Shown here: in pieces, positions 30,234-40,615 of the stretch
Numbering within the stretch: the stretch's first letter is position 1
Layout: each line of letters opens with the position of its first letter
Assembly: GCA_965209055.1 (NCBI GenBank)
Contig: OZ242374.1
Span: forward strand, 4,832,001-4,896,000
From: Acidobacteriota bacterium
GTDB lineage: Bacteria > Acidobacteriota > UBA6911 > RPQK01 > JAJDTT01
Length of the DNA: 64,000 nt
Direction: 5' to 3'
Position numbers and translations under genes: made by a program
Notes under the pieces: generated by a model
Told to the model about the DNA's origin: nothing
What the model saw: the letters and a program-made list of their open reading frames with translations, nothing else
Databases searched by the model: none

Positions 30234-30322
30234 TCTTCCTTTCCCTCCTGCCTCCTATCATCCCCCATTTTCACTTTTCTATTCGCTCATTTCCTCTTCC
30301 GCCTTTCTGCTACTATCCCGGC

Positions 30323-31567
30323 GTGACCGGATTCGACGCCTTTCCCTACGACAACGGGGAGCTCAATTGCGAAGGGACTCCCCTGTCCCGAATCGCCCGG
30401 CGGGCGGGGACGCCGTGCTACGTCTACAGCCGGCGCGCCATGCGCGACCGCTACCACCGGCTGGAAAGCGCTTTCGCCGAGGTGGACCCCCTGATCTGCT
30501 ACTCCCTGAAGGCCAACGACAACCTCTCGCTGCTGCGGGTCCTGCAGGAGGAGGGCAGCGGTTTCGACGTGGTTTCGGGAGGAGAGCTCTTCCGGTTGAG
30601 GCAGATCGGCGCCGATCCCGCGCGCATCGTCTTCAGCGGCGTCGGTAAAACGGTCCAGGAGATGGAGATGGCCCTGGAATGGGGGCTCTTCAGCATCAAC
30701 GTCGAGTCCCGCCAGGAACTGGAGACCCTGGCCCGGGTCAGCCGGAGGATGGGCCGCGAAGCCCGGGTGGCCATCAGAATCAATCCGGACGTGGATGCCC
30801 GGACCCACCCCTACATCGCCACCGGTCTGCATCGCCATAAGTTCGGGGTCGAGACCGGTCAGATCGACGACCTGTTGAAGATCGCCGAGGATACCGCCGA
30901 AATCCGGCTTGTGGGGCTCGGTTACCACATCGGCTCCCAAATCCTGGACGTCCAGCCGTTTCTGGACGCGTTCGGCAAGCTCAGGGAATGGGCGGACCGG
31001 GTCCGGGACCGGGGGTTTCCACTGGAACATCTGGATCTGGGCGGCGGCCTGGGAATCTCCTACCAGGGAGAAACGGGCCCTGATCTCCAACGGTACGCCG
31101 AGGCGTTGGCTCAACCTGGGGACGGCTACCGCATCGTCATGGAGCCGGGACGTTATCTGGTGGGAAACGCCGGCGTCCTGCTGACTCGCGTCCTCTATCG
31201 GAAGACCAATCGCGGCAAGGTCTTCCTGGTGGTGGATGCCGCCATGAACGACCTGCTGCGCCCCAGTCTCTACGGCGCCCGCCACCAGATTCTTCCGGTG
31301 CGGTCCGGTCGACCCCGAATCAATGCCGACGTGGTCGGGCCGGTTTGCGAGAGCGGCGATTTCCTGGCCCGCGGCCAGCAGGTTCCCGACGCACGCCCGG
31401 GAGACCTCTTGGCCGTCATGAGCGCAGGCGCCTACGGTTTTGTCCTATCCTCCAACTATAATTCCAGGAGGCGGGCGGCCGAGATACTCGTGGACGGAGA
31501 AGGCTGGAGGACAATCCGGGTCAGGGAATCATACGACGACCTGATACGGCGTGAATCCGTTCCCTGA
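30323..31567 (+). CDS. lysA: Diaminopimelate decarboxylase
   Basis: TPCYVYS, YSLKAN, FDVVSGGEL, HIGSQ, DLGGGLG, EPGR, VGPVCESGD and GAYG..SNYN. Confidence 0.95.
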   Translation: MTGFDAFPYDNGELNCEGTPLSRIARRAGTPCYVYSRRAMRDRYHRLESAFAEVDPLICYSLKANDNLSLLRVLQEEGSGFDVVSGGELFRLRQIGADPARIVFSGVGKTVQEMEMALEWGLFSINVESRQELETLARVSRRMGREARVAIRINPDVDARTHPYIATGLHRHKFGVETGQIDDLLKIAEDTAEIRLVGLGYHIGSQILDVQPFLDAFGKLREWADRVRDRGFPLEHLDLGGGLGISYQGETGPDLQRYAEALAQPGDGYRIVMEPGRYLVGNAGVLLTRVLYRKTNRGKVFLVVDAAMNDLLRPSLYGARHQILPVRSGRPRINADVVGPVCESGDFLARGQQVPDARPGDLLAVMSAGAYGFVLSSNYNSRRRAAEILVDGEGWRTIRVRESYDDLIRRESVP

Positions 31568-31778
31568 CGGGCTTCGCCGAACGTCGGCGCGGCGCTTGTC
31601 CTGAAGTCGTTTCCAATTGACGCCGAAGAGCAGGCGAGGTCCGGTCCCGCCTCCGGATCGGGCACCGGGATGTTTCGGTCAGGCGGGGTTGGATTGACTG
31701 GAACGCGGGCGGTTGAATAACATCCTGGGTCAGATGGCGTTTCCGCCAGGATAACTGCAGTTCGCAAGGAGCCAAGCC

Positions 31779-32852
31779 TTGTCCCTGGAGACTGACGTTA
31801 CGCTGGAAATCCAGCCCGAATCCCGGGTGGACGTGATCAACGTCCGCGAGCGGATTCCCGATCGGATCCGCTCCCGGTTGTCCCGGTATTCCAAGTCGGT
31901 CTACTACTCCTACCACACCACGGCCGGCTACTTCGGCGAGAAGCTCTCGGCCCAGCTCAACCACAGCGGCGAGGCCCTGCGCAACTTCGTGCAGATGTTC
32001 CAGACCCTCTACCCTTCCCGGCGCGGGTACCGCCACGACCAGTTGGATCTGCGCACCGAGTTGAGCCAGGAGCAGAAGGCCACGGAGCCTCTAAACGCCG
32101 ACTCCCACCTCACCTTCATGAGTTCCGGCCTCACCAATTGCGCGACCTATGAGAATCGCCCGGATACGCCCGTCTACTTCGTGGACCTGGACGGCATCTG
32201 GAACGATGTCCGGCGCCGGCGCCGGACCACGGTGCTGGCTTTCAACGAAGAACAGGTGGTGGCTCGCGTGGACCTCCCGGTTCCGGTGTCCCGGCATCCC
32301 ATCGACTCCATCAACCTGATGGATCCCCATCTGGGTTTCTTCTCCCGGCTCCAGGATCTGATCCGGACCCATCGGGTCGATCGGGGGCGCATCGACATCT
32401 CCCTGGGGCCGGAAGAACGGAATGCGGGTCTCACCGTGAACGAGTACGAGACCCTGCTGATGAAACACGATCTGGCCAAAGTGCTGAGAAACCCACTGCA
32501 TTTCATGGCCAAGAGCGGCCGGCAGATGCTGGGGAACCCGAGGGCCATTCCGGGAAGGGCCAGGGATTACGCCAAATACGATCTGGTCCAGATTCTGAAT
32601 CAGACCGTGGACGCCCTGGGGTTGAGCGAATCGGTCTTCGAGCGCCTTCTGCAACGATTCGTCCGGGCGCCCGCCGACCACTTCATGGGCATGGACCGTT
32701 CGCTGATCCTGCTGGTGTCCAGCGCCCATGCCAACGGAACCGGCCCCGGCTCCATCGTCAATGGGACCTACCAGAGTCCCATCCTGGTGCAATGGGACCG
32801 CCCGGAAACGGACACGCGGCGCCTGGAGATTTCATTGGTCCGATTCGATTGA
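31779..32852 (+). CDS. Hypothetical protein, probable tandem YjbQ/UPF0047-like domains
   Basis: N-half: HTTAG, YRHD, NADSHL, FVDLDG. C-half: NAGLTVNE, GTYQ. Confidence 0.55.
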   Translation: MSLETDVTLEIQPESRVDVINVRERIPDRIRSRLSRYSKSVYYSYHTTAGYFGEKLSAQLNHSGEALRNFVQMFQTLYPSRRGYRHDQLDLRTELSQEQKATEPLNADSHLTFMSSGLTNCATYENRPDTPVYFVDLDGIWNDVRRRRRTTVLAFNEEQVVARVDLPVPVSRHPIDSINLMDPHLGFFSRLQDLIRTHRVDRGRIDISLGPEERNAGLTVNEYETLLMKHDLAKVLRNPLHFMAKSGRQMLGNPRAIPGRARDYAKYDLVQILNQTVDALGLSESVFERLLQRFVRAPADHFMGMDRSLILLVSSAHANGTGPGSIVNGTYQSPILVQWDRPETDTRRLEISLVRFD

Positions 32853-32853
32853 A

Positions 32854-33768
32854 TCACCCGCCGCCCGTGCGGACCCATTCCAGGATCGTCCGGTAGGACG
32901 AGGACTCCCGGCTCCATCGAACGCCTCCGCCGTGTTGGCCGGACCCCGAAGTCCGAGTCCCTTCGGGAGGCTTCTCCCGGGTGGGCTTCAGCAACAGCAG
33001 GCTCTCCTGCGGCCGCTTCAGATCAATGACCCGCAACGCCGAACGATAGTAACTCCGCACCTCTTCCGGTCCGGCCCGTTCCTGAGCCGGCTCCAGGCGG
33101 AAGATGACGTGTGACTTGTGGCAGTCGAAGCAGCTCTTGTCATCGGCGCCGGACTTCTCCAGCAGCGGCAGCACGCGGTCCCGAAAGAATTGGAGCGAGG
33201 GGAGGGTCAGATCCGTCGCCGGACCCTCTCCCGGGAGTTGGGTCAGGCTCTCCGCGATCGCCGGCAGGTCGCGCAGTTCGGGACGGCTTCGAACCAGTTC
33301 CAGCGCCGACTCGCCCAGGGCGGGATCCGGATCCCTCAACGCCTCGCTCAGGAGACTGACGAATCGGAGATCCTGCAATCGTCCCGGTTTCTGACCGGCC
33401 AACTGCAGGATCGCCTCGCGCTTCCAGCCGTCCCGGCTGCGAAACGCCAGACTCAACCGTCTCCGGATCATGGCGAACGATTCCAGTCGCGGCGCCTCGA
33501 GACACAGTTCCACGGCCGCCCGGAAAATCACGGGATCCCTGGAGGCCAGGGACCGGAACACCTTTATCTGCACCGGCCGCCGATCCAGCAATCCCGGATG
33601 GGAAGCCACTGCCCGGAAGTCCTCAGCCTGGGCCTCGGCCGCAAGAAACGCCCGCTCCACCTCGGCCGAGTCCTGCCGACCGGCGGCGGCGCCGAGGGAC
33701 GTACCCATTGCCAACCATAAGACCGCAACCGACTCAATCGGAACCAGCATCAAATGACTCATTGTCAC
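32854..33768 (-). CDS. Exported hypothetical protein with HEAT-like region and a c-type heme motif
   Basis: Signal-like N-terminus; ALRDPDPAL; CFDCH; SLLLLKP...HGGG...YRTILEW. Confidence 0.6.
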   Translation of the reverse strand: MTMSHLMLVPIESVAVLWLAMGTSLGAAAGRQDSAEVERAFLAAEAQAEDFRAVASHPGLLDRRPVQIKVFRSLASRDPVIFRAAVELCLEAPRLESFAMIRRRLSLAFRSRDGWKREAILQLAGQKPGRLQDLRFVSLLSEALRDPDPALGESALELVRSRPELRDLPAIAESLTQLPGEGPATDLTLPSLQFFRDRVLPLLEKSGADDKSCFDCHKSHVIFRLEPAQERAGPEEVRSYYRSALRVIDLKRPQESLLLLKPTREKPPEGTRTSGSGQHGGGVRWSRESSSYRTILEWVRTGGG

Positions 33769-33986
33769 TACCGCGCCAGAGGCACTCTAACAACATGCTG
33801 CAAACCTCGCTGCTGAAGGACTCTCCTCCAGATTCCGCTTTTCCTGAGCCTTGGGCCAGTGCCTTCCCGCTCCGGCAGGTCAGAGTCGTTTGTTATCTTG
33901 AAATCGTAGGTTGGTGAGTTGTCGGCTGGACTATCGGGGAAACCAGTTGGTTCGAAACCGCGACTGAAACTCTGGAGGAAAGAGCC

Positions 33987-35411
33987 ATGTCCTTCAACCG
34001 AACCCTGACCGTGGCGCTGATTGCAGCATCGCTCCTGGCGGGTGTGCCTGACCTGCGAGGACAAGAAGAACTGCGGGAGGTCGATGGTCTCATCTATGAC
34101 CTGAGACACCCCGAGTTGGAGCGGCGGAAGACGGCGGTCGTGGGGCTTGGAAAACATCGGATTCGGCAGGCCATCCCGGAATTGTCCAGGCTGGTCAAGG
34201 ACCCGGATGACCTTCTCCGGACCGCGTTGGCCCAGGCTCTGATCAAGATCGGCGACATCCGGGCTCTTCCGGCTCTGATGACGCTCTGCCACGATTCCAG
34301 GAAACAGACGCAACTCGTGGCGGTTCAAGGGTTGGTCAAACTCTATGTGAACCTTCCCGACGGCTTCTTTCACGGGGTGAAACGTGTTGTCAGTTTCATG
34401 AATCCAGCGGACGACGACTACGATCCCCTGGTCGTGGAACCTTACATTTCCGTCAGCCCTGACGCGATCGATACGCTGGCCACTCTGCAGAGTGACTCGG
34501 ACGCGGACGTTCGGAGGAACGCCGCCCTTGCTCTGGGGATACTGCGCGGCCGTCGAGCCCTTCCCACACTACAAGCCGCTCTGGAGCAAGAACCGGAAAA
34601 CGGCGTGAAGGTGGAGATGATCCGCGCCATCTACAAGATCGGGGACCCCGAAGCCGGCGTCACGTTGGTTCCCCTGATTTGGGCCCCCGACAAGAAGGTC
34701 CACGACGAGGCCATTTTCGCGTTGGGGCGTCTGAGGGTGGAGGCTGCGGTCCCGGCGCTCACGGAGCTATACAACAGCGGCGTTACGGAGCGGAAGAAGA
34801 TTCTCGGCGGGCTGGTCCCCGTGAGTCGAAGCGACGATCTGAGGCGAAAGACTCTCGAAGCCCTGGCGAATATCGGCGACCGTCGCAGTCAGGGAATATT
34901 CATCGAGGCGATCGCAGACGAAAGAACTGCCTTTCGCCGGTATGGCGCCGAGGGATTAGGCAGAATCGGAGACCCGAGCCTGATCCCCAAGTTGGCGTAC
35001 ATGTTCCAAGGCGAGCGGGAACCGGAAGTGATCTCGGCCCTGAACTTTGCCCTCTTTCGTCTGGGCGGTGACGCGCACCTTCCCGAACTGGTGGACCGAA
35101 TCAACAACGATCAAGTCTACTTCTACCTGTTGGAACTGGAACCGGAGGAGGTTCCCAAGCTCCATCCGCATCTCCTGCTGAACGCCAAGGAACCTGGTAT
35201 TCAGGTCCGTCTCCTGGACGTCATCGGTCAGCGCGGCGATACCTCTTCCCTGGCGGTGGTGGAACCCCTGACCCGGAGCGAAAACTCTGACGTGATCTCC
35301 TCTGCAAACGTCGCGCTGAGGCGGCTCCAGGGCCGGCACCCCGGTGCGACCTTGAGTTCCATGGTGGGCCCTGACGCCACCGGCGAAAGCGTTGGCGTTC
35401 CGGTGAATTGA
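33987..35411 (+). CDS. Exported HEAT-repeat protein
   Basis: Signal peptide; repeated VRRNAALALG / ALIKIGD / EALANIGD units. Confidence 0.8.
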   Translation: MSFNRTLTVALIAASLLAGVPDLRGQEELREVDGLIYDLRHPELERRKTAVVGLGKHRIRQAIPELSRLVKDPDDLLRTALAQALIKIGDIRALPALMTLCHDSRKQTQLVAVQGLVKLYVNLPDGFFHGVKRVVSFMNPADDDYDPLVVEPYISVSPDAIDTLATLQSDSDADVRRNAALALGILRGRRALPTLQAALEQEPENGVKVEMIRAIYKIGDPEAGVTLVPLIWAPDKKVHDEAIFALGRLRVEAAVPALTELYNSGVTERKKILGGLVPVSRSDDLRRKTLEALANIGDRRSQGIFIEAIADERTAFRRYGAEGLGRIGDPSLIPKLAYMFQGEREPEVISALNFALFRLGGDAHLPELVDRINNDQVYFYLLELEPEEVPKLHPHLLLNAKEPGIQVRLLDVIGQRGDTSSLAVVEPLTRSENSDVISSANVALRRLQGRHPGATLSSMVGPDATGESVGVPVN

Positions 35412-35430
35412 CGGGCAACGGCGAAGAGAT

Positions 35431-36900
35431 TCAGTCCAGTCCCAAGTGAGGCCAGAGCCGGTCTACCCGTTCCCGGGTGTCCGTATCCATGACGATCTCT
35501 TCGGGCCAATCTCTCTGAAATCCCTCCTCGGGCCACTTCCGAGTGGCGTCGATCCCCATCTTGGAGCCGAAGTCGGGCAGACGGGAGGCGTGGTCCAGGG
35601 AGTCGACGGGGCCCAGCGTGAACTGGATGTCACGCTCGGGATCGATGTGGTTGAGAGCCCTCAAGAGGACCTCCGGATAGTCGTTGAGGTCGACGTCCTC
35701 GTCCAGAACGATGATGCACTTGGAGAACATGAGCTGACCCAATCCCCAGATGGCGCTCATGACCTTGCGGGCGTGTCCCGGATACCGTTTTCGGATACGG
35801 ACCAGGACCAGGTTGTGGAAAATGCCCTCGAAGGGCAGGTGCATGTCCAGGATCTCCGGGAGCTGCTTTCGTATCAGGGGCAGGAAGATCCGCTCCACGG
35901 CATATCCCATGTAGCAATCCTCCTGGGGAGGCTTGCCCACGATGATGGTCTGGTAGATGGGATCGCGGCGGTGCGTGACGCAGGTCACGTGAAAGACCGG
36001 GTACTCGTCGGCCAGGGAATAGTACCCGGTGTGGTCCCCGAAGGGTCCTTCGGTCCGGAGTTCGTCCAGGTTCACATACCCTTCCAGGACGATCTCGGCG
36101 TTGGCCGGAACTTCCAAATCGACGGTCTTGCAAGCCGTCATCTCCACCGGGGAACGCCGCAGGAACCCGGCGAACATCATCTCGTCCAGGTCATCGGGCA
36201 AGGGCGCAATGGCGGAGAAGACGGTGGCCGGATCCGCCCCGATGGCGGCAGCTACTTCCATGCGCCTTCCGCTCGCCTCCGCGCCGCCAAGGCGGACGGC
36301 CTCCCGAAAATGCTGGGCGCCGTGCTTGTGAGTCTGCCAGTGCATGGCCGTGGTCCGTTCGTCGAAGACCTGCATGCGGTACATGCCGCAGTTGCGCTTT
36401 CCCGACTCGGGATTCTTGCTGAAGACCAGGGGCATGGTGATGAAACGGCCGCCGTCCCCGGGCCAGCACTTGAGAATGGGAAAGTCGAGCAGGGAGAAGC
36501 CTTCCGTCTTGACCACCTCCTGACAGACGCCCCGGCGCACCATCTTGGGAGTCAGGGACGCCAATTCGGTGAGCTTGGGAAGCAGCTTCAGTTTGTCCAT
36601 CGCACCGGAGGGGGCCTTCAGGTCCAGCAGGTCCTCGATCCGATCCGCAATCCGATTGACGGAATCGACCCCCAGGGCCAGATTCATCCGGTTGTAGGAA
36701 CCCAGGGCATTGATGAGCAGCGGATGTTTCGACCCTTTGGGCTTCTCGAAGAGCAACGCGGGCCCCATGCGCTTGGAGACCCGATCCGCGATCTCGGCGA
36801 TCTCCAGCACCGGATCCACCGGCGTGTCGATGCGCCTCAGTTCTCCCTGCCGTTCCAGGACCTGGACGAATTCTCTCAGGTCCCGGTGCGGATACTTCAT
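35431..36900 (-). CDS. UbiD-family (menaquinone biosynthesis) decarboxylase
   Basis: DLREFV..LE..GEL, GPALLFE, RNCGMYRMQ, EGPFGDHTGYY and LDHAS...GSKMGIDAT. Confidence 0.9.
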   Translation of the reverse strand: MKYPHRDLREFVQVLERQGELRRIDTPVDPVLEIAEIADRVSKRMGPALLFEKPKGSKHPLLINALGSYNRMNLALGVDSVNRIADRIEDLLDLKAPSGAMDKLKLLPKLTELASLTPKMVRRGVCQEVVKTEGFSLLDFPILKCWPGDGGRFITMPLVFSKNPESGKRNCGMYRMQVFDERTTAMHWQTHKHGAQHFREAVRLGGAEASGRRMEVAAAIGADPATVFSAIAPLPDDLDEMMFAGFLRRSPVEMTACKTVDLEVPANAEIVLEGYVNLDELRTEGPFGDHTGYYSLADEYPVFHVTCVTHRRDPIYQTIIVGKPPQEDCYMGYAVERIFLPLIRKQLPEILDMHLPFEGIFHNLVLVRIRKRYPGHARKVMSAIWGLGQLMFSKCIIVLDEDVDLNDYPEVLLRALNHIDPERDIQFTLGPVDSLDHASRLPDFGSKMGIDATRKWPEEGFQRDWPEEIVMDTDTRERVDRLWPHLGLD

Positions 36901-37184
36901 CTCAGCCCCACCTTTCGCAGAAGATCCTCCAGTTCCCGCCGGAACGCCTCCCGGTTCAGATCCCGGCTCCCATCGGGGCCGTCCACCCGAAACAGTTCCG
37001 CCTGCCGGATCACATCGGACGGCGAGGGCAAGCCTCTCAATTCGCTCAAGGCGAGGAACCGGCCATAGTTGTTGGCCCGCTCCAAGCCCCCCGAACTCAC
37101 GAGGATGAAGCCGGTGTCGGAACTCCCCAGCCGAACCTGGCAATCCCGCAGCCGGCAATAGTCGGAAATCTCTTCAAGGGTCAT
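36897..37184 (-). CDS. Small hypothetical protein, translationally coupled to the UbiD gene
   Basis: ORF MTLEEISDYCRL...KVGLR with ATGA overlap. Confidence 0.55.
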   Translation of the reverse strand: MTLEEISDYCRLRDCQVRLGSSDTGFILVSSGGLERANNYGRFLALSELRGLPSPSDVIRQAELFRVDGPDGSRDLNREAFRRELEDLLRKVGLR

Positions 37185-37257
37185 GGTTGTCAGCCGGTAA
37201 TTCTCCAACGCGGTCCATTGCAGGTCAAATTGGAGCCGCCGTTTCCAACCGCCGAGC

Positions 37258-37356
37258 GGAGCGGCGATTTCCTTATCGCCGCTCCGGAACAGCGGGTTCC
37301 AACGCCCGAAGTCCGGCACCCACATGAGACGGGGGGCGACTACAAATCGCCCCTCC
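37258..37356. repeat. REP/REPIN-like inverted hairpin pair
   Basis: GGAGCGGCGATTTCCTTATCGCCGCTCC and GGGGCGACTACAAATCGCCCCTCC. Confidence 0.55.
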
Positions 37357-37396
37357 TGTCTTTTCTGCCGCCCCCGGCCCGGCTAACCTGAGAGGC

Positions 37397-38272
37397 ATGC
37401 CGAAACAACACGAGGCCTTGTTGGGCGCCCACATGTCGATTGCGGGAGGCATTCCCAAGTCCCTCGACCGGGCCATGGACGCCGGCTGCAACGTCCTCCA
37501 GATCTTCGTCAAGAACAACAACCAGTGGCGGGGCCGGCCCTTGCACGACCCCGAAGTGCACGAGTTCCGGCAACGCCGGGCCGAGTCCTCCATCCGCCAG
37601 GTGGTGGCCCACGATTCCTACCTCATCAATCTCGCGTCCCCCAAACCGGATCTCTGGGAACGCTCCATCGCCGCGTTCCTGGACGAGATGAAACGCTGCG
37701 AACGGCTGGGACTGAGTCACCTGGTCACTCACCCGGGAGCCCACGTGGGTGCCGGCGAGGCCTGGGGCATCGACCGGATCGCGGCGGCGCTGAATCGGAT
37801 CCTGGAGCGAACGGCCTCCTACCAGGTCAAGATCGCACTTGAGACCACCGCCGGCCAGGGAACCACCCTGGGCCACCGCTTTCAACATCTCCGGGACATC
37901 ATGGCCGGGTGCGGGTCCCCGGAGCGGATCGTCGTCTGCATGGACACGTGTCACGTCTTCGCCGCCGGCTATGAGATCAGAACCGAGGAGGGTTACGCCG
38001 GCGTCATGGACCAGTTCGACCAGGTCGTGGGCCTGGAAAAACTGGAGGTCCTGCATTTCAACGACAGCAAGCGATCCTTCGGAAGCCGCGTGGACCGGCA
38101 TGAGCACATCGGAGAGGGGGAGATCGGGAAGTCGGCGTTCGGCTGGTTTCTGAACGACCCTCGCCTGGTCCAGGTCCCCAAGTTGCTGGAGACGCCGAAA
38201 GAAAACGAGGGGGAGGCCGACCGGAGAAACCTGAAGGTGCTGCGCTCTCTGTTGGACAAACCTGAGCCATGA
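37397..38272 (+). CDS. nfo: Endonuclease IV
   Basis: LGAHMSIAGG, HDSYLINLASP, HPG, ETTAGQG, DTCH..AAGY, HFNDSK and DRHEHIGEG. Confidence 0.95.
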   Translation: MPKQHEALLGAHMSIAGGIPKSLDRAMDAGCNVLQIFVKNNNQWRGRPLHDPEVHEFRQRRAESSIRQVVAHDSYLINLASPKPDLWERSIAAFLDEMKRCERLGLSHLVTHPGAHVGAGEAWGIDRIAAALNRILERTASYQVKIALETTAGQGTTLGHRFQHLRDIMAGCGSPERIVVCMDTCHVFAAGYEIRTEEGYAGVMDQFDQVVGLEKLEVLHFNDSKRSFGSRVDRHEHIGEGEIGKSAFGWFLNDPRLVQVPKLLETPKENEGEADRRNLKVLRSLLDKPEP

Positions 38273-38679
38273 ACTCCTACAGCGCCCAGGAACGGGAAGA
38301 GATCCTCCTGGACTACTTCGGCTCCGCGTCCGAAGACGACCCGCTCTGTCCCGACTGCGGTGAGGACCTGGAATTTCGATCGCAGTACCCCTCAGGAGAT
38401 TCTCCGTACCGGCTCCGGGTGGACTGTCCCGACTGCCACGCCGGATTCACTTGGGAACAGGACCGGGACCGGGAGGACTGGACCTCGATTCAGCTCTCCT
38501 ACTGCCGGGAACGGTACCGGCAAGGGAACGCGCCCCGCTGTCCCGTGGATGATTCCTACATCGTCTGCACCGAGTTCACCGACGACACGGTGGAGTTTCG
38601 CTGCCCCTACTGCAACCGCAGCGGCCGGGCACGGACAGGCGTCAACCCACCGGCTCCCGAATCGCAGGATCTCAGGTAG
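38269..38679 (+). CDS. Cys-rich tandem zinc-ribbon protein
   Basis: CPDC, CPDC, CPVD..C and CPYC; ATGA overlap with nfo. Confidence 0.65.
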   Translation: MNSYSAQEREEILLDYFGSASEDDPLCPDCGEDLEFRSQYPSGDSPYRLRVDCPDCHAGFTWEQDRDREDWTSIQLSYCRERYRQGNAPRCPVDDSYIVCTEFTDDTVEFRCPYCNRSGRARTGVNPPAPESQDLR

Positions 38680-38776
38680 CCAAGGGTTCTGCGGCTGGAA
38701 ACCCGCCGCTCCCGGGTGCTACCATTTGCCCCGATTTTTCCGCTTATCGAAATCAGAATCGAGGGAGCAGACAGGC

Positions 38777-39394
38777 ATGAAAAACTACGTGGTCGAGTTT
38801 ATTGGGGCATTCTTCCTGGTGCTGGTCATTGGCTTGGCTTCCGGAGACCTGGCGCCGCTGGCCATTGGCGGCGCGCTGATGATCATGGTCTACATGGGGG
38901 GCCACGTTTCGGGGGCCCACTACAACCCGGCCGTCTCCATCGCCTGCCTGGTCCGAGGCGCCCTGGACGGCGCCACCACGGGAATCTACATCGTGAGTCA
39001 GATCCTGGGGGCGCTGGCGGGAGCCTGCACGGCCACTTTCCTGGCGGGACAAGCGACCACGGTGGCCCCCGGCGACGGCGTCAGCGCCACGAACGCGCTC
39101 CTGGCCGAGTTTCTGCTGACCTTTGCCCTGGCCTCGGTGGTCCTCAACGTCGCCACCTCCAAGGACCATCCCGACAACTCGTTCTATGGGCTGGCCATCG
39201 GATTCACCATCTTCGTCGGGGCCGTTTCAGTGGGCCCCATCTCGGGAGGGGCCTTCAACCCGGCGGTGGCGCTGGGCCACAACATCGTCTCCGGCTCACT
39301 GGGAAACATCTGGATCTACCTGCTGGGCCCCGTTGCCGGCGCCGTCGCGGCCTCACTCGTGTTTCGAATCACGAACCCCCACGAGTTCGAGTAG
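38777..39394 (+). CDS. Aquaporin (MIP family)
   Basis: SGAHYNPAV and GGAFNPAV (two NPA motifs). Confidence 0.92.
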   Translation: MKNYVVEFIGAFFLVLVIGLASGDLAPLAIGGALMIMVYMGGHVSGAHYNPAVSIACLVRGALDGATTGIYIVSQILGALAGACTATFLAGQATTVAPGDGVSATNALLAEFLLTFALASVVLNVATSKDHPDNSFYGLAIGFTIFVGAVSVGPISGGAFNPAVALGHNIVSGSLGNIWIYLLGPVAGAVAASLVFRITNPHEFE

Positions 39395-39527
39395 CCGGTT
39401 CCGCAAAGACGGTCGATACAGCGAGAAACCGGCAACTACGGTAATCCGTCCTTGATCGGAGCGTGTTTCGCATTGATGGCTCGATTCCAATATTGAGTAA
39501 ATTTAGGCAATACCGTATCAGGAGTGC

Positions 39528-40244
39528 ATGGCCACCTATGAACGGGCCCACGTCTCGAAGCTCTTTGACCGCCTCGCGGAAATTGCCCACCGGCTGATCA
39601 TCATCACCGGACCCCGCCAGACGGGCAAGACGACACTCGTCCGGCAAGCTCTGGCGCGGATTCGACGACCTCATCACTATCTGGCCGTCGACGAACCTGA
39701 AACGGCGACGCTCCCCTCCTTCCCGACGCTCGCCGAAGGCATGGCACTGCCCTCCACTCGGTTGTTCGTTCCACTCGGACACGAGAGAGATCTACAGTGG
39801 CTTGTCCGCCATTGGGAACGAGCCCGGATAGAAGCCAGCCGTTCGGAACGGGGCTTCGTCCTGGTATTGGACGAGATCCAGAAAATCCCCAACTGGTCCG
39901 AAGCCGTGAAGGGATTGTGGGACGCCGACCGGCGTCATGGCCGTCAACTCCACGTGGTCCTGTTGGGCTCGGCCCCGCTTCGCATGCAGCAAGGTTTGAC
40001 CGAGAGCCTGGCCGGCCGGTTCGAGACTATCCGTCTCACACACTTGTCGTTTGCAGAGATGGCGGCAACGTTCGACTTCGACTTTCGGAGCTACGTCTAT
40101 TTCGGCGGCTACCCCGGCGGCGCCCCGTACATCCACGAGCCGGACCGTTGGCGCGCTTCCATCTTGACCGCGCTCGGAGGTATCGGTGACGATGTTCGGT
40201 TCCCTTGTTATCGGAACGGATTGATCACGCGCAGGCCCGCGTAG
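39528..40244 (+). pseudogene. Truncated AAA_14/DUF4143-type ATPase
   Basis: GPRQTGKTT, LDEIQK, GS..ESLAGRF and GGYP. The ORF ends shortly after, lacks the C-terminal half and runs into the convergent PIN gene. Confidence 0.7.
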
Positions 40245-40615
40245 TTCTGCTGGTCGCTCAGATCCTCAGAGTACACCGCGTCGCACCCGCTTGTTCGCGC
40301 GGCAGCGAGAATCGCTCCGTCCCAGTACGACAGCCGGAAGCGCTGACTCAGCGCCACGCCAACCCGAAATACCGCGAGGGTCATGTCCTGCACCGGGAAC
40401 TCGCGAATGGATTCGATGAACCTCAGCGCCTGCGAAGAGGTCAGCGGTTCTGTACGACTGGATCTCGTGACCTGCGAATAGAACTCCTGGAGCACCTGCA
40501 CCGACACTACCAAGCCCCCCTCTCGCAACAGTTCCTGCGCCCGGCGACGCTTCTCGGCCTCCCTGGGAGACGGGCTGACCGCGTATATCAAGACGTTGGT
40601 GTCAACGAATCGCAT
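40208..40615 (-). CDS. PIN-domain toxin
   Basis: FVDTNVLIYA, SVQVLQEF, LSYWDGAILAAA, SEDL and INPF motifs. Confidence 0.9.
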   Translation of the reverse strand: MRFVDTNVLIYAVSPSPREAEKRRRAQELLREGGLVVSVQVLQEFYSQVTRSSRTEPLTSSQALRFIESIREFPVQDMTLAVFRVGVALSQRFRLSYWDGAILAAARTSGCDAVYSEDLSDQQNYAGLRVINPFR

